A DNA stretch of 64,000 nt. Origin: Octopus vulgaris (taxonomy: Eukaryota). A program made the position numbers and the translations under genes. Each line of letters begins with the position of its first letter. Within the stretch, counting starts at the first letter, position 1. The stretch lies in NCBI GenBank assembly GCA_951406725.2, contig OX597833.1, positions 8,556,001 to 8,620,000 of the forward strand. The letters run 5' to 3'. Positions 14,042-26,395 of this stretch are shown here, one piece after another. The notes below the pieces were generated by a model that made no database searches, was not told the origin of the DNA, and saw only the letters and a program-made list of their open reading frames with translations.

Positions 14042-14405
14042 AAAACAAGAAAGTCCTGCATAATTTGCTGCTGCTTCATCCGGTCAATGTCCACTTTTGG
14101 ATGGCTTTGACCAACTGTTATTCACCAGAGACTGCGGCTACAACTGACCACTGCAATAGTCTACACCCACATGTCACTGACCATCACATCAGTCCACAGC
14201 TAGAGACCACATCCACAACTGGCCACCACAACTGTGTACAACCAGTGGCCACATGTAGAACTGACCACCACAATAGTCTATTGCCAGAGGTCAAGGATCT
14301 TCACAACTGTCCACAGACAGAGACCCCATCCACAGCTGACCACCACAACAGTCCACAACCAGATGCCACGCTTTTGAAATATCTAACTTGTCTTCATCGA
14401 TGTTC
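14042..14405 (+). CDS. C8orf76: C8orf76 homologue, exon 5 (ENKKVLHNLLLLHPVNVHFWMALTNCY...LLKYLTCLHRCS), contains His-rich repeats
   Basis: cacag acceptor, GTAAGT donor at 14406, phase 1->2. L..L..LHP.N...W..L...Y motif. Open for 364 nt. Confidence 0.85.
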
Positions 14406-15821
14406 GTAAGTAGAACCGTTTTTGTCCTAAAACTGTTAACAAAAGTCCAAGCCCATGTGTGTATCATCATCATCATCATCGTTTAACGTCCGTTCTCCAT
14501 GCTAGCATGGGTTGGATGGTTCGACCGGGGATCTGGGAAGCCAGAAGGCTGCACCAGGCTCCAGTCTTGATCTGGCAGTGTTTCTACAGCTGATGCCCTT
14601 TCTAACACCAACCACTCCGTGAGTGTAGTGGGTGCTTTTTACGTGCCACCTGCATGGAAGTCAGTCGAGGCGGCACTGGCATTGGCCACGATTCGGATAG
14701 TGCTTTTTACATACCACCAGTCCAGAGGTCCTGGCATCTGCCGGGTGCCAGTCATAGGATTGGTTCAATGTGTGCATGAGTTTGTCTTTCCTCTGCATTC
14801 TCTGTTTTGTAAATAGTGACTTCCTGACAGTGTCATTTACTTAAAGTCCCCCAACAGGTCCCGGCTTCTTGACGTTGCAATCTTTGCACAGAAAAAGTTT
14901 CCTTCAACCGATTCCGTTCATCTTCCGTTCTCGACATGAAACCTCTCCAGGTTGTTTGTTGTTCAACAGACAGGGAGGTCATTGCTTGGAAACAAAGTGA
15001 TGGCACGGCAACAGGAAGGGGCCACAGGAATGGGCCATAGGAAACTCTGCTTTAAACAAACTCTACTTTGACCATTGCAAACATAGAAAAGCAGATGTTG
15101 CAAAATGGATTCTGATGATGATGGTCAGTTTTACAAGCTGCCTATTATTTACACAGGTGAGATGCACCTTGCATCTGGTACATTCTTTTTTAGGAATACC
15201 AGGACTGTTGCTCACCTTTTGTCAACATTTGGAACAATTTCTGTTGTTGTTGTTATTTGCAGCAAAAGGAGGTGAAATGGCAGAACCAATAGTGACCTCC
15301 TCCTGGCTTTTTTACATTCTGAGTTCAAATTCCATTGAAGTTCACTTTGCCTTTTTTCCTTCCAGGGTCAATAAGTACTGGAGTTGATGTAATTGACTGG
15401 CCCCCTCCCTCAAAATTTCAGGCATTGTGCCTATTGTAGAGAGGATTATTATTATTATTATTATTAGTAGTAGTAGTAGTAAGGCAACGAGCTAGCAGAG
15501 TCGTTAGCCTGCTGGATGAAATGCCTAGCGGTATTTCCCCCATCGCTACATTCTGGGTTTGAATTCCACTGAGGTTGACTTTGCCTTTCATCCTTTTCGG
15601 GTCGATGTAATCAACTCATCCCTTCCCTCAAATTTGCTGCCCTTGTGGCAAAATTTGAAACCATTATTATTAGTAGTAGTAGTAGTAGCAGCAGCAGCAA
15701 TATCAGTCGTAGAATCATGAGCATCAATTGTCATCATTGAAATGTTGAAAACTTTTGGGTTTTGTTTTAATTTCTAAACTGGAAACAACATAAATTAATT
15801 TCACATTTTCCCCTCCGTCAG

Positions 15822-15894
15822 CTCCTTACTGATGCACACCCTGAAGACAACTTCATCTTTTGTTAAGAAACGCCATAAAACATTATTTAACAAG
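15822..15894 (+). CDS. C8orf76: C8orf76 homologue, exon 6 (SLLMHTLKTTSSFVKKRHKTLFNK)
   Basis: ttttcccctccgtcag acceptor, AAG|GTAAGT donor, phase 2->0. LL..T.....SF...R motif. Confidence 0.85.
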
Positions 15895-16075
15895 GTAAGT
15901 CAAATATTTTAAGCTTTTCCCCCGTTTCTCAATTCTGTGCCTGGAATTCTTCCGTCTCCAAAATATTACATTTTGTTTTAAAGACGATGCATGTTTTCTT
16001 GTTTTTCCAAAAAATATTCTGTGTTTTCTGGTGAAATTCCTCAGAATTTAGACCAACATCCTTTGTCTGGTTGAA

Positions 16076-17107
16076 CCCTTTCGTTACTATATTTCTGACC
16101 AAAATACACCCCTCATGAGTTTCAATTAAATTCTAAAATAATCATGAATCTAGGCTTATTTCATTAAATAACCGTAACTTTTTTACTTATCAACATATTA
16201 ATGTGATATTTGGAACATAATTAAAGAAAGGGTTCTTAATCAATTCTATTGCATAACTTTTAAAGTGACTTTAATTACAGGTAAATATAAAAATTTTGTT
16301 TAAACATCACCATAGAAAATGAATCATCAGCTAATATTCAAATGGGTATGCAACAAAATTTTGATAAAGAAGAATTGTACACATCACTATATCATCAGTT
16401 GAATTTAATGCACAACAGGTGTACCATAAAGGTGGAATAAAGTGAAATATTGGAATCCACCGTAAGTTTGACCGAACTAAAGAAATCGGTCAAAAAATAA
16501 TATACGGCCCTGGTTATGGTATGGAAGTGATAAATTCCAGACCACATCGTTCCCTAGGCCATGCTGACTAACATTATTTTCCTTGTATAAAAACTAAATC
16601 CACAAAGTACCCAGTATTTGCTTCACAAATTTTCCAAAATTTGAACCCCCATTTTGTGTTTGTTTACATTCTGCGTAAGTTTGTTTCCGCATTGATCGCT
16701 TCAAACAATAACTTCCAGACCACATCGCATACCCTAAGCCATGCTGACTAACATTAGTTTCCCTGTATAAAAACTAAATCCACAACAGTACCCAGTATTT
16801 GTTTCACAAATTTTCCAATTCGGAATCAATGCTTGATAACATGAAACTCCTATCCATTTTCAAAGTTGAAGAAAAATCGATGCCGAAAAAAATCTCCCAA
16901 AATTCAGGGAATTAAAATTACACGTCGATCATTGTACAAAACTGTAGATGAACTGTTTACGAAGTATAATCACGTGTTTTCACGAATGTACTAAAGAGAT
17001 TTGCTCTGATATTCTCATTTAAATATGAATAGGTAAATTCGGACGGGTTTGGTCACATTAACCAAAATGTTTTTCGGGCGGCTTTGGGCAGTTTGGTATC
17101 GAAAGGG
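16076..17107. mobile_element. Non-autonomous piggyBac-like element (MITE)
   Basis: Ends CCCTTTCGTTAC ... GTATCGAAAGGG, flanked by TGAA and TTAA. Internal ~105-bp direct repeat (about 16535-16637 and 16713-16818). No ORF. Confidence 0.7.
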
Positions 17108-17320
17108 TTAATGTTTGTTTTTCTGGTTGGGAGTTTTTACACCCGGATGCTCTTCCTTCTCTCTCTCTACTGGTTTGAACCCCACTGCCACAAAATGCAA
17201 CAGCTCCCTTTGTCCCTTTGTCCTCCCATTGAACCAGAAGATGTTACGAGAGGATAACAAATGACAAATTGTAAATTTAAAAATTCTAAATTTCGTTTCA
17301 AATATTTATTTCATTTCCAG

Positions 17321-17380
17321 GTCAATTCAGCAATTGAACAATTCCAGATTGGCAAATCAATCACGACTACAATCAAAGAG
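17321..17380 (+). CDS. C8orf76: C8orf76 homologue, exon 7 (VNSAIEQFQIGKSITTTIKE)
   Basis: tttcatttccag acceptor, GAG|GTTGGT donor, 60 nt, phase 0-0. Confidence 0.75.
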
Positions 17381-18254
17381 GTTGGTCAATATTTTATTAC
17401 CGTTGAGTAAGGTGGAAGCTGGCAGAATTGTTGGCACATCAGACAAAATGCTTTGAAGTATTTTGTCTGTCTTCGCATTCTGAGTTCAATTTCCAGCAAG
17501 GTTGATTTTTGCCTTTCATCTTTTCGGGGTCAGTAAAATAAGTACCAATCAGACCCTGGGTTTCATGCAATTGACTCTTCCTCTGTCCCCACAAAAATAT
17601 TTCAGGCCCTGTGTCTATAGAAGAAAGGATTATTCTTGTTATTATTTTATCCTTTGAATCCTTCATTTCCCCACATCTTGCCAAGTGTCATCCTGATTCC
17701 TGAGCCAAAATTTGGTTAAGATGCACATTTAACAATCAACTGTCACCATGACGACATAAACATGACATTAAATGGTTTTTGTCAGCTGGTGATGATGATG
17801 ATGATTCCTTCTTAAGGTGTCCAGTGCCGGTCAGCATTGTTTTCTAAATCTCTTGCAGGGACAGGTTTCCTATTTTATTTTTAATGCCTACATTGCTTTC
17901 ATTAGAATTCTATTGCCTGACCGTCATGCCTTGTGTTGGCCACCACTTGGAACGTCTGTTACTTATTCTCCTGTGGGAAGGACACGTTCCAGTCGTCAGT
18001 CAACATCCTCTGCATTGAGACACACTGTCACCTCTGATGCATAGACATGCATTCGAGTTGTGGCCCCTGCAGTGATTCCTCCATGCCAGATGTGTGTGGG
18101 GTTCGTTCCTGTGACAAATCTTCCAAAGTTCATCTCCTTGACAGATCTGCAATCTTGGAGGAAGGAAAGATTGAGACTGGCCCCCTGGCACCCAGAGTAT
18201 CATCAGGCACTTGCAGCCCCCACAATCGAGTAAAAGGGATCAGTGGATGCCCCA

Positions 18255-19090
18255 GTCTTCATCGTTTGACATCCGCTTTCCATGTTGGCATGGGTTGGAT
18301 GGTTTGACATGGTTTCTACGGCTGGATGTCCTTCCTAATGTCAACCACTTAGTGTGGGGCCACTTCTATGTGCCACTGGCACGGGTGCTTTTGAAATGGC
18401 ACCAGCAACTGAAAGGCCGAGCCTCTGTAAGTGTGGAAAACGGATCAAGCACAAGAAATTGCCATTATCTCCCAGTCCCTTAGTGAGGCCCAGCGTCTGA
18501 GGATTCTTTCTCACCACTTCATAGAACAACCCCTTCCACAGGTTCCCTTCACAATTAGGGCTTGGCACTTCTTTCTGCAGCTGTCCTCATCCATACATAC
18601 TGCATGACCAAACCAGCACACTCTTCTCTCTTGCACGCAACATCTGATGCTTCTTATACCCAGCTTTCCTCTTAAATCATTTACACTTTGTCGTGTGTGC
18701 ACCCTGACATTACCCATCAAAGTGGAGCATGCTAACTTCATTTCTTTCAACCCATCGCAGGTCCTCTGTAGTCAAAGCCCATGTTTCACTGTCACGTAAC
18801 ATAGTTGTACATACACAGACATCATACAATTTGCCTTTCACTCTGAGGGGGAGGCCTTTACTTACCAACAAAAGTCGAAGCTCTAACTTTGCCCAGCCTC
18901 TTTTTATGCCTTAACTACACTTTCAGAACTGTTTCCACCACTGCTAACTCGGTCTCCTAGGTAACAGAAGCCATCTATTACTTCTAACAACCCCCTGAGC
19001 AAGTGAGGGAGCCTATTATCTGAGCATTTTTGGTGTTTGTTGTACCCGCACATTTGCAACGCACAGACTGTGAGTGTCCAAAGCGTGCAC
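18255..19090 (-). mobile_element. RTE LINE 3' part
   Basis: Minus-strand ORF remnant QERRVCWFGHAV...GTCGRG plus the same 3' UTR. Confidence 0.8.
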
Positions 19091-19296
19091 TTAAGAGGAC
19101 TTTCGTGTCAGGGACCATCATGGGTAACTTCCTGATGTCTTTGGCCTGGTAGTGCTTCCGATTCAAGCCAAATTCTATAGGCATGGATGTGCTTGTCCGA
19201 GATGCGCATAGAGCAACAAAACGGTTCTGCAAGCGCTTGTTCAATGTTTGAGCATTGCTGACTTGTGGAGTTGTTTACAGCTGCTGTTGCATTTGA

Positions 19297-19538
19297 GACA
19301 GATCTATCAAGTAAGTCCATGGTGATGATTCCTCCCTCCATGGGATGGTAAGGCAGTTTTTGCCTGGTGGCAATTGCAAAAGGTTGTCTGATGGATGAGG
19401 TTAAAAGGCACAAGGACAGATCTATCAAGTAAGTCCATGGTGATGATTCCTCCCTCCATGGGATGGTAAGGCAGTTTTTGCCTGGTGGCAATTGCAAAAG
19501 GTTGTCTGATGGATGAGGTTAAAAGGCACAAGGACAGA
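19297..19538. repeat. Exact 118-bp tandem duplication
   Basis: gacagatctatcaagtaagtccatgg... starts at 19297 and 19415. Confidence 0.95.
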
Positions 19539-20592
19539 GACTTTCCTTTTTGGTAGATCCCTCAGCTTTTTGGAAGAGGAGGATTTATGACAGGAGTAGC
19601 TGATTGCTCTTTCTGAGAAATGGAACTGACATGGCCATCTTCTTGAAACTAGACCATGGGACCAAAAAACTACTTATTTCACGATACCTCCAGGCTTATC
19701 TACTGCAGTTTCATTACACACCTTGTCTTTTATGAGGATCATTGATGTTTTCAAAGACTAGGATTCAGTTTCTGTGGAGGGAGAAACTGAAGGGTTTTGA
19801 TGCAGAGTCCAGCAGTGGAGCCCCATAGTATCAAGACGTTCCTGCCTCTCACTTGATCTCTTCACCTCTTATTTTAACCCTGACCCCACTCTGAAGCTAC
19901 ATTATCAAAGCTGTAGGTTGCTGTTTCCATCCCATTGATGTTCACTTTACATCCTGTTTCTTTATTAGCCACAAGGGCCCAAATATAGATGGGGACAATA
20001 CAGCCTGATTGGGGTCAGACACACAATGATTATATGACTTTTAAAATTTTACAAAATATAACGAAATCGAATGAGATACAAGGACAAAATACAAACATGA
20101 AATGGAGCAGAGAGATGGGTTACCCTCTGACCCCACAGGCCCCATTCTTCTACTGGAACCTTTGTATCCAGACTTATGACATGTTCACGAGGAATCTTTC
20201 ATTCCCAGCACCTTCACAACCATCTTTCTTTGAACATTTTCTTTTACATCCAATTTCTTTATTAGCCACAAGGGCCCAAACACAGAGGGGGACAATACAG
20301 CCTGATTGGTCATCATCACCATCAGCATCATGTCTGCTTTTTATGCTGGTATGGGACCATTTCTTAGAACTACTCATCATTTGGCAGGGGGCTCTTCCTG
20401 TCACAAACCATTTTACAGCATGCTTGTTGCATTTTCTCCTGGCACCAGCAAGTTGAGTAACCCTCCACATTCTAGGTTCAAATCCTTCACATCATATCCT
20501 GAAACTGACCCTTAAAATGTCTGCTTTTTTGGTTGTAACTGATTAATCTTTAATCTCTCATTATTCATCATGTTCTATATTTTCTTCTCCAG

Positions 20593-20664
20593 GTTGTGTC
20601 TCAAGATCTCGGTTACAACACAGAATTGCCGGCATCAGACGACAAATTGGTTAATCAACAACAG
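20593..20664 (+). CDS. C8orf76: C8orf76 homologue, exon 8 (VVSQDLGYNTELPASDDKLVNQQQ)
   Basis: tttcttctccag acceptor, CAG|GTCAGA donor, 72 nt. E|VVSQDL parallels E-VMGEDI of vertebrate orthologues (from memory). Confidence 0.75.
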
Positions 20665-22492
20665 GTCAGACGGTTAATCTTTTTATATGAATGAATGCTT
20701 ATTGTGGTATCACTATGGCCAAACAGAATTCTATTATAGAGACTCGCTTATCTATTTCTGGAGATTTTACTTAGCTTCACTCATCTCCCAGCCACCTTCT
20801 CATTGCCTCAGGTATATCAAGATGACACTTGCTAAGATATGGGAAAATACAGGATTCAAAGGATTTTTAATAAAATCAATCCTTTCTTCTATAAGCAGAA
20901 GGCCTGAAATATTTTTGTAAGGACAAGGGACCAGTCGATTGCATCAGCCCCAGAATCTGACTGGTACTTATTTTATTGACTCCTGAAGTCAGCCTCAGTC
21001 TATAATAATGCACATGGATTGATATTGAAAGAGTCTCTGAAAACCAAGGTGCTAGATGATTGTTCTCTTAGAATTATAAACGTGTGTACATGGTAAAGCA
21101 GATATTGAGTGTATTTATAAATTCCAGTTAGCCATAGCAGGACCAATGACCATATTTGTCAGAATACAAACTGGTGCTCCAGCATGACCACAGCCACCTG
21201 GCTGAAACACATACAAGAATCAAAGAACCTACTCCTGTTTCACAAATATATTTTGTGGGGAAAATGTTTGATTCTCTCAAATAGAGAACCAAAAATTTAA
21301 TTTTTCAAATTTCTTATATTTTGGTCAAGAGAATCGCTAAGCAAGATGTTAAAACTTGTATTTCTGGCTGTAATTGGCCGGTCAAGAGGCTGGTGGTGCA
21401 GCCTGGCTCTGCTTTTGTTATCCACTCATAAATCATTGACCGGTGGAGGACAATTCAACTTTCATCGTCTTCCTCGGATTATTCTGTCAAAGGTGTGAAG
21501 CTTATTGTTTTCATTTAATCCTGGATTATCTCAAAAGTTTTTAAGATTTTGATGTCATCTTTACAATGCCATTATAGAGTAGGTGTGAGAGACTGGATCT
21601 GACTGGTTTGAACATGTTTGGGCCAGATGTGGCTGCTTTAAATGCTACACACACATGGAAGCCAGTCGAGGCTGTCAGCAATGAAACTGGCCTTTAGTCG
21701 AAGACCCTGCAATATGAAAAACAAAACTTGTCAAAGGACACAAACTCAGTAGGGTCAACAATGGTCCTCCCCTTGATGACCACTGAGAAACCCCTCATCT
21801 TTCAACATCTCTCAGGAGAAGCAAACTCTGATGTAACACCTGCAACTTGCATTGAATGAAGTAGATTAGTTCTTTTTAGGCAAATGGAACCAGCTCTGTG
21901 CAAGGCCTTTTCTCACCTTGACTTTTGACACCTTTGCAAACACTCAATGAATTTCAATGCTGGAACATAAGCCAAGTGGCAGTGAAGGTGGTAACTATGA
22001 ACACCTGCTGCAAGAGGTGCCCATCATTGCCACGTCTGTACGAAAAAAAGTGTAGGAGTCTAAAAGGACAAAAAGACCACATCTGGGCTGTTTTAAGAGA
22101 GCAATGGCATTACTTGAAATCTTGTTGCAGCCATCATCATCATCATCATCATCATCACACATATATTGTTTGTATGTGTGATCATCATCATCATCATTGT
22201 TGTAATGTCTATCTTTCCATGTTTACATTGATCAAACAGGATTCATGAAAGCAGATGTTCTGCAGCTGGGTGCTCTTTCTGTCACCAACCTTCATCAAAT
22301 AATGTTTTCCTCCTTGTGTAGAAGATTGCAAACAAACATTACTGTTTGTAGAAGATGGTTACCAAAGATACCAGAGGAACTGAACCCAAAACCATACAGC
22401 CATATATATGTGCGCGCGTGTACAAATGTGTAAATATACAAATATGCATCTGCATATTTGTATATATGTGAGTGTATATATATATATATGTC

Positions 22493-22528
<36 letters not shown>

Positions 22529-22928
22529 GTAGGTGTTGAGAGTTACAAATGAGAGAAGAAACTGACTCAAAATATGTAGCAGAGTTTATTCATGGATTCC
22601 AAGCTGGGATTTCACTTCGTCACGTTTTTCATTTCCGTTCTTCACTGCGAAGAAAATAATGTGAAGAATAAAAAATGGAAAACTCAGAGTAGCGACATTG
22701 TGAGGCTTCAAATAAACAAATATATATATTAAGTAGTCATTTGAACAGACTTACTCACTCTGTAACCACAAAAGACATCAACATTTCTCCTCCGAACATC
22801 AAATAACACAACACGTAACCATTACAACACTTCTATCATCTGTACTCTCATCTAACAATACTTTCTACGTACTCACATCCAACATGTACTCCAAACATAC
22901 AGTTGTATCTTTTATTTACTTTTTACAG

Positions 22929-23009
22929 GAAAATCCTGAAAGTTTATCAACAGAAGATTTTGAGACAAAATGGTTTTCTTGGATCAAAAACATGGGCCCA
23001 TGTTCTTAA
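22929..23009 (+). CDS. C8orf76: C8orf76 homologue, last coding exon (ENPESLSTEDFETKWFSWIKNMGPCS*)
   Basis: tttttacag acceptor, TAA at 23007-23009. S.E.FE.KWF..IK C-terminal motif. The nine exons sum to 1074 nt (357 aa plus stop). Confidence 0.9.
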   Translation, partial: ENPESLSTEDFETKWFSWIKNMGPCS

Positions 23010-23415
23010 ATGTTGACCAGATGGAAACCATTCCTGGTGAGGAATTAGTTGAGGAGGCAAACACACAACGGCTGCTTTAAAGTCTTGAAACAAACTCCTG
23101 TGGCAAGATTTAAAGACATCGCAGACAGATTCTAGCAGCATCTCCTCTCAACTTTAGAGAATGAGGACAAGTGACATTCTTACAAGACTTTATATTAGCA
23201 AAACATTACTTTCATTATCATAATTATGTTTTTTCTAGAATGTAATGGGTTGGATGGTTATGCAAATTTTGACATTTGCATAGATTTTTACAGTTGGATG
23301 TCCTTCATATTGAAGACTAAACTATCCTGCAAGTGTTTATGGCCCATGACCATGTTAGCAGTCAAATCACAATTACCTCACAGCCATGGAACCAATTCCA
23401 AGAGAATCTATTGTC

Positions 23416-23421
23416 TTTATT
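23416..23421 (-). terminator. Polyadenylation signal AATAAA of the - strand gene
   Basis: tttatt on the + strand. First canonical hexamer after the stop at 23585. Confidence 0.55.
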
Positions 23422-23584
23422 TTCCACAAAATAGTATTACAAAATATTCAACCAGTTATTTAGAAAGTCATTAATATAAAATCTGAAATACTTGATTTTG
23501 AAATGTTTTAATAATTTAGAATTTTTCCATAAGGTATAAACTAGAAATATTTAAATTTCAGTGAAGAGTACCAGGGAAACAGGA

Positions 23585-23658
23585 TCACTTGAGCCATGTC
23601 TGAATGATATTCATCATAATCAACCCTGTACTGCACACCATCAGTAGAGAATTAGCAG
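23585..23658 (-). CDS. Last coding exon (AANSLLMVCSTGLIMMNIIQTWLK*), GPI-signal-like hydrophobic tail
   Basis: tctttttgtttctttatttcag acceptor, phase 1, TGA at 23587-23585, AATAAA about 165 nt downstream on the - strand. Confidence 0.75.
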
Positions 23659-24204
23659 CTGAAATAAAGAAACAAAAAGAAACACCTTCAATTAGTCTCC
23701 ATCGTAAAACACGTTTCTACAAAAGAAAAAAAACTTCTAATTTGTAACTTGTTGTACATTTTGGTGGGTTTAGGTGATCCCTCAAGTGGAATTGCTAACA
23801 CCAAAGTCTACCTGTAAACTCTTGAAGGGATTACCATTTTTGTATAAACTAAAATCTCTTCAGGACCTCAATTCTGAAACTGGTTGCAACAAACCTTCAA
23901 AAGCTTTGCTCACCCTTACATATATTTTACAGCTCAGTAAAATAATGCAACTCACTCAACCATTAAGGCATAATCAAACCCATTGTCATTCAAGAAGAGT
24001 TAATATTATTCCTTAGCATTTAACACAACAGCAGGAGTAAGTTTTGAACTTGTGACCACTTGGTTACAATTATTATTACCACTTACTATATTTCCAGGGT
24101 TACAACTATTATTTGCCTAAAATTCACTTCTTTTCTCTCAAAAGTTAACAGCACAGTCAAAAGAATATTTCTAATAATTCCTTGTTTTAACATTTACATG
24201 TGAA

Positions 24205-24348
24205 TGAACAATGGTTAACAGAATTTGAAGTGAACCATGGTTAACAGAGTTTGAAGTGAACAGTGGTTAACAGAGTTTGAAGTGAACAGTGGTTAACAGA
24301 GTTTGAAGTGAACAGTGGTTAACAGAGTTTGAAGTGAACAGTGGTTAA
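24205..24348. repeat. 26-bp minisatellite, about 5.5 copies (tgaacagtggttaacagagtttgaag)
   Basis: Units start at 24205, 24231, 24257, 24283, 24309 and 24335. Confidence 0.95.
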
Positions 24349-24494
24349 TTCGCTGGACACTGTTCACTCCTTCAGCTCTTCTGGACCACTTTTAACTGCG
24401 GTTCTGTACAGCCTTTAACACTTATCCCCTGTGTGGAATGTGGCCCACTACTCTGCCTTAACTGGGATTCAATCAAAATTTAGTGGTCACTTAC

Positions 24495-24515
24495 CGTCAC
24501 TGGAGCCAGTTGATG
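24495..24515 (-). CDS. 21-nt microexon (TSTGSSD)
   Basis: tttttttttattatttatttcag|CATCAACTGGCTCCAGTGACG|gtaagt, phase 1-1. Confidence 0.75.
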
Positions 24516-25397
24516 CTGAAATAAATAATAAAAAAAACATAAATATATCAAATTAACAAAAATCAGTTCAGTTCTATTTTTTATCCAGTCATTTCAATAT
24601 TGCCTTCTTTATAGAAAAATGTAGCTAAGGTGGGTCAAATAGATTGAGACTACACACACACACACACACTGTATCTGTGTGTGTGTATGCATATGTATAT
24701 AGAATATAAATGAGCCACAAACATGTACAGATGGCTGCATAGGCTTCAAACAAAGGCTATAACTTTTTTTTTTTTTTTATCCTTATGTTTTAACGAGAAC
24801 AGTTTCTTTCAAATTGATGTAATTCTTCATTAATCAATTAAACGGAGCTGCTTGAAACGGCCAAAATGTATTGACACCTGTACACACCTTTGTTACTCAT
24901 TTATATTCTGTTCACCTAATTTTCGAATTTGCATTTCAGAAACACTACAGAAAGTACCTTTATAAAAAAAGTACCTGTCTGAATGACCAAGAGCAGGTAT
25001 CTTCACTCAGCTGCGTTGCAGTGTCTGCACACCTGGCAGGAATATCAGGTGCAAACGCCCCTGCATGGAGTCTTGATATTCAATTTTCAATTAATATTGT
25101 TTGGGTGTGCAGGTTATAGTGACCTAGTAATAAGGTGCTTCAATTCAAGCCCTTAATTCAATGGAATCTTATATCCTTTAAGTTCTTTTTAGGTGAAACG
25201 TTTTTGGTTGCCTCAAAAAAGCTCCTCTGCCATTTCTTCTGGCCCCTGCTCCTTATCCCCATCTTCCAGAGTAATTTTAGGGGATGGTTATTAATTGGGT
25301 GCTGCTGCTGCTCTGCTGTAGGATAAATATGGAAATGATAGACTGATGGGCTTCCATATAGTTTCTGTCTGTCAGTCCCACAAACAAGGTATTGGTT

Positions 25398-25795
25398 ATC
25401 ATCATCATCATCCTCCTCATCATCATTTAACGTCCGCTTTCCATGCTAGCATGGGTTGAACGGTTCAACTGGGGTCTGGCAAGCCCGAAGGCTGCACCAG
25501 GCCAGTCAGATCTGGCAGTGTTTCTACAGCTGGATGCCCTTCCTAACGCCAACCACTCCGAGAGTGTAGTGGGTGATTTTATGTGCCACCGACACAGGTG
25601 CCAGATGAGGCTGGCGAACGGCCACGCTCGGATGTGTTTGTTACGTGCCCTCAGCATGGAGGCCAGTCGATGCGGTACTGGCTACGGTCACGTTCGGATG
25701 GTTTTCTTATGTGCCACCGGCACTGGTACCACAAGGATACAAATTCCATTGATGTTCATCTATTTTGATTTGGTTTGATTTGATTTTCACTTGCT
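25398..25795 (-). mobile_element. Young RTE 3'-UTR-only insertion with (CAT)n. Similar short copies at about 3882-4040, 9445-9600, 14464-14770, 33200-33330 and 56512-56720 (-), and 46700-46900 and 62320-62716 (+)
   Basis: catcatttaacgtccgctttccatgctagcatgggttg...ggatgcccttcctaacgccaaccactccgagagtgtagtggg consensus. Confidence 0.85.
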
Positions 25796-26367
25796 GTTGT
25801 ATAAGAAGAAAATGCCTGACCATAACAGCCATTGCCGAAGAAGAGGTAAGGCATCAAAGGAGAGAGATATTCTGGTTTGGAATAAATTCTGCTGCTTAGA
25901 ACAGAATCCTTTTGTCATTCAGAAAGTATTCATGGCTCTTAAGCAGTTTTCAAACATACACTATTTTTTCAGTCTGCTACCAAAGTAATTTTTCAAGATA
26001 GCTTTTTTCCATTTATTTCCTTTCCTGAGCGTCCAAGTAACACAACACTTGCACCACATCCTCACATCCTTTTCTCTTCCTTGTTCTTGTTTGGATTGAC
26101 TACACGTTCACACGGACCCCGGCCTTCCGACTGACTCTGGAGGACCTAATTCCTGGAATCTATCTCCAGACTACTCTTCCTCTTCATTCCGATTTCGCCA
26201 CTCTACACCTTCATTGCAGAAATCATTACAATTTCTGCCGGACCCTTCCACTTTATCTCCTCCTACCTATCTTTTTTCTCTTTCCCTTTTTGTCCCCACC
26301 AATGACCCCTACTCTGTGCCTATCATTGGTGATTTTCTTTCTCTGTCTTTGGACTTTTTCTATATTT

Positions 26368-26395
26368 CTGATGAAGAGCTCCCGCTCGAAATGTG
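26368..26395 (+). ncRNA. Minimal hammerhead-ribozyme-like core in a Penelope-type repeat remnant (about 26005-26485)
   Basis: CTGATGA-a-GAGC-tccc-GCTC-GAAA-tgt. The downstream ~80 bp (26405-26480) repeats 26020-26101, like a partial tandem pLTR. Confidence 0.55.

Noticed and set aside
24205-24348. CRISPR-like array
   Set aside because: Head-to-tail repeats without unique spacers in a eukaryotic intron, so a minisatellite.
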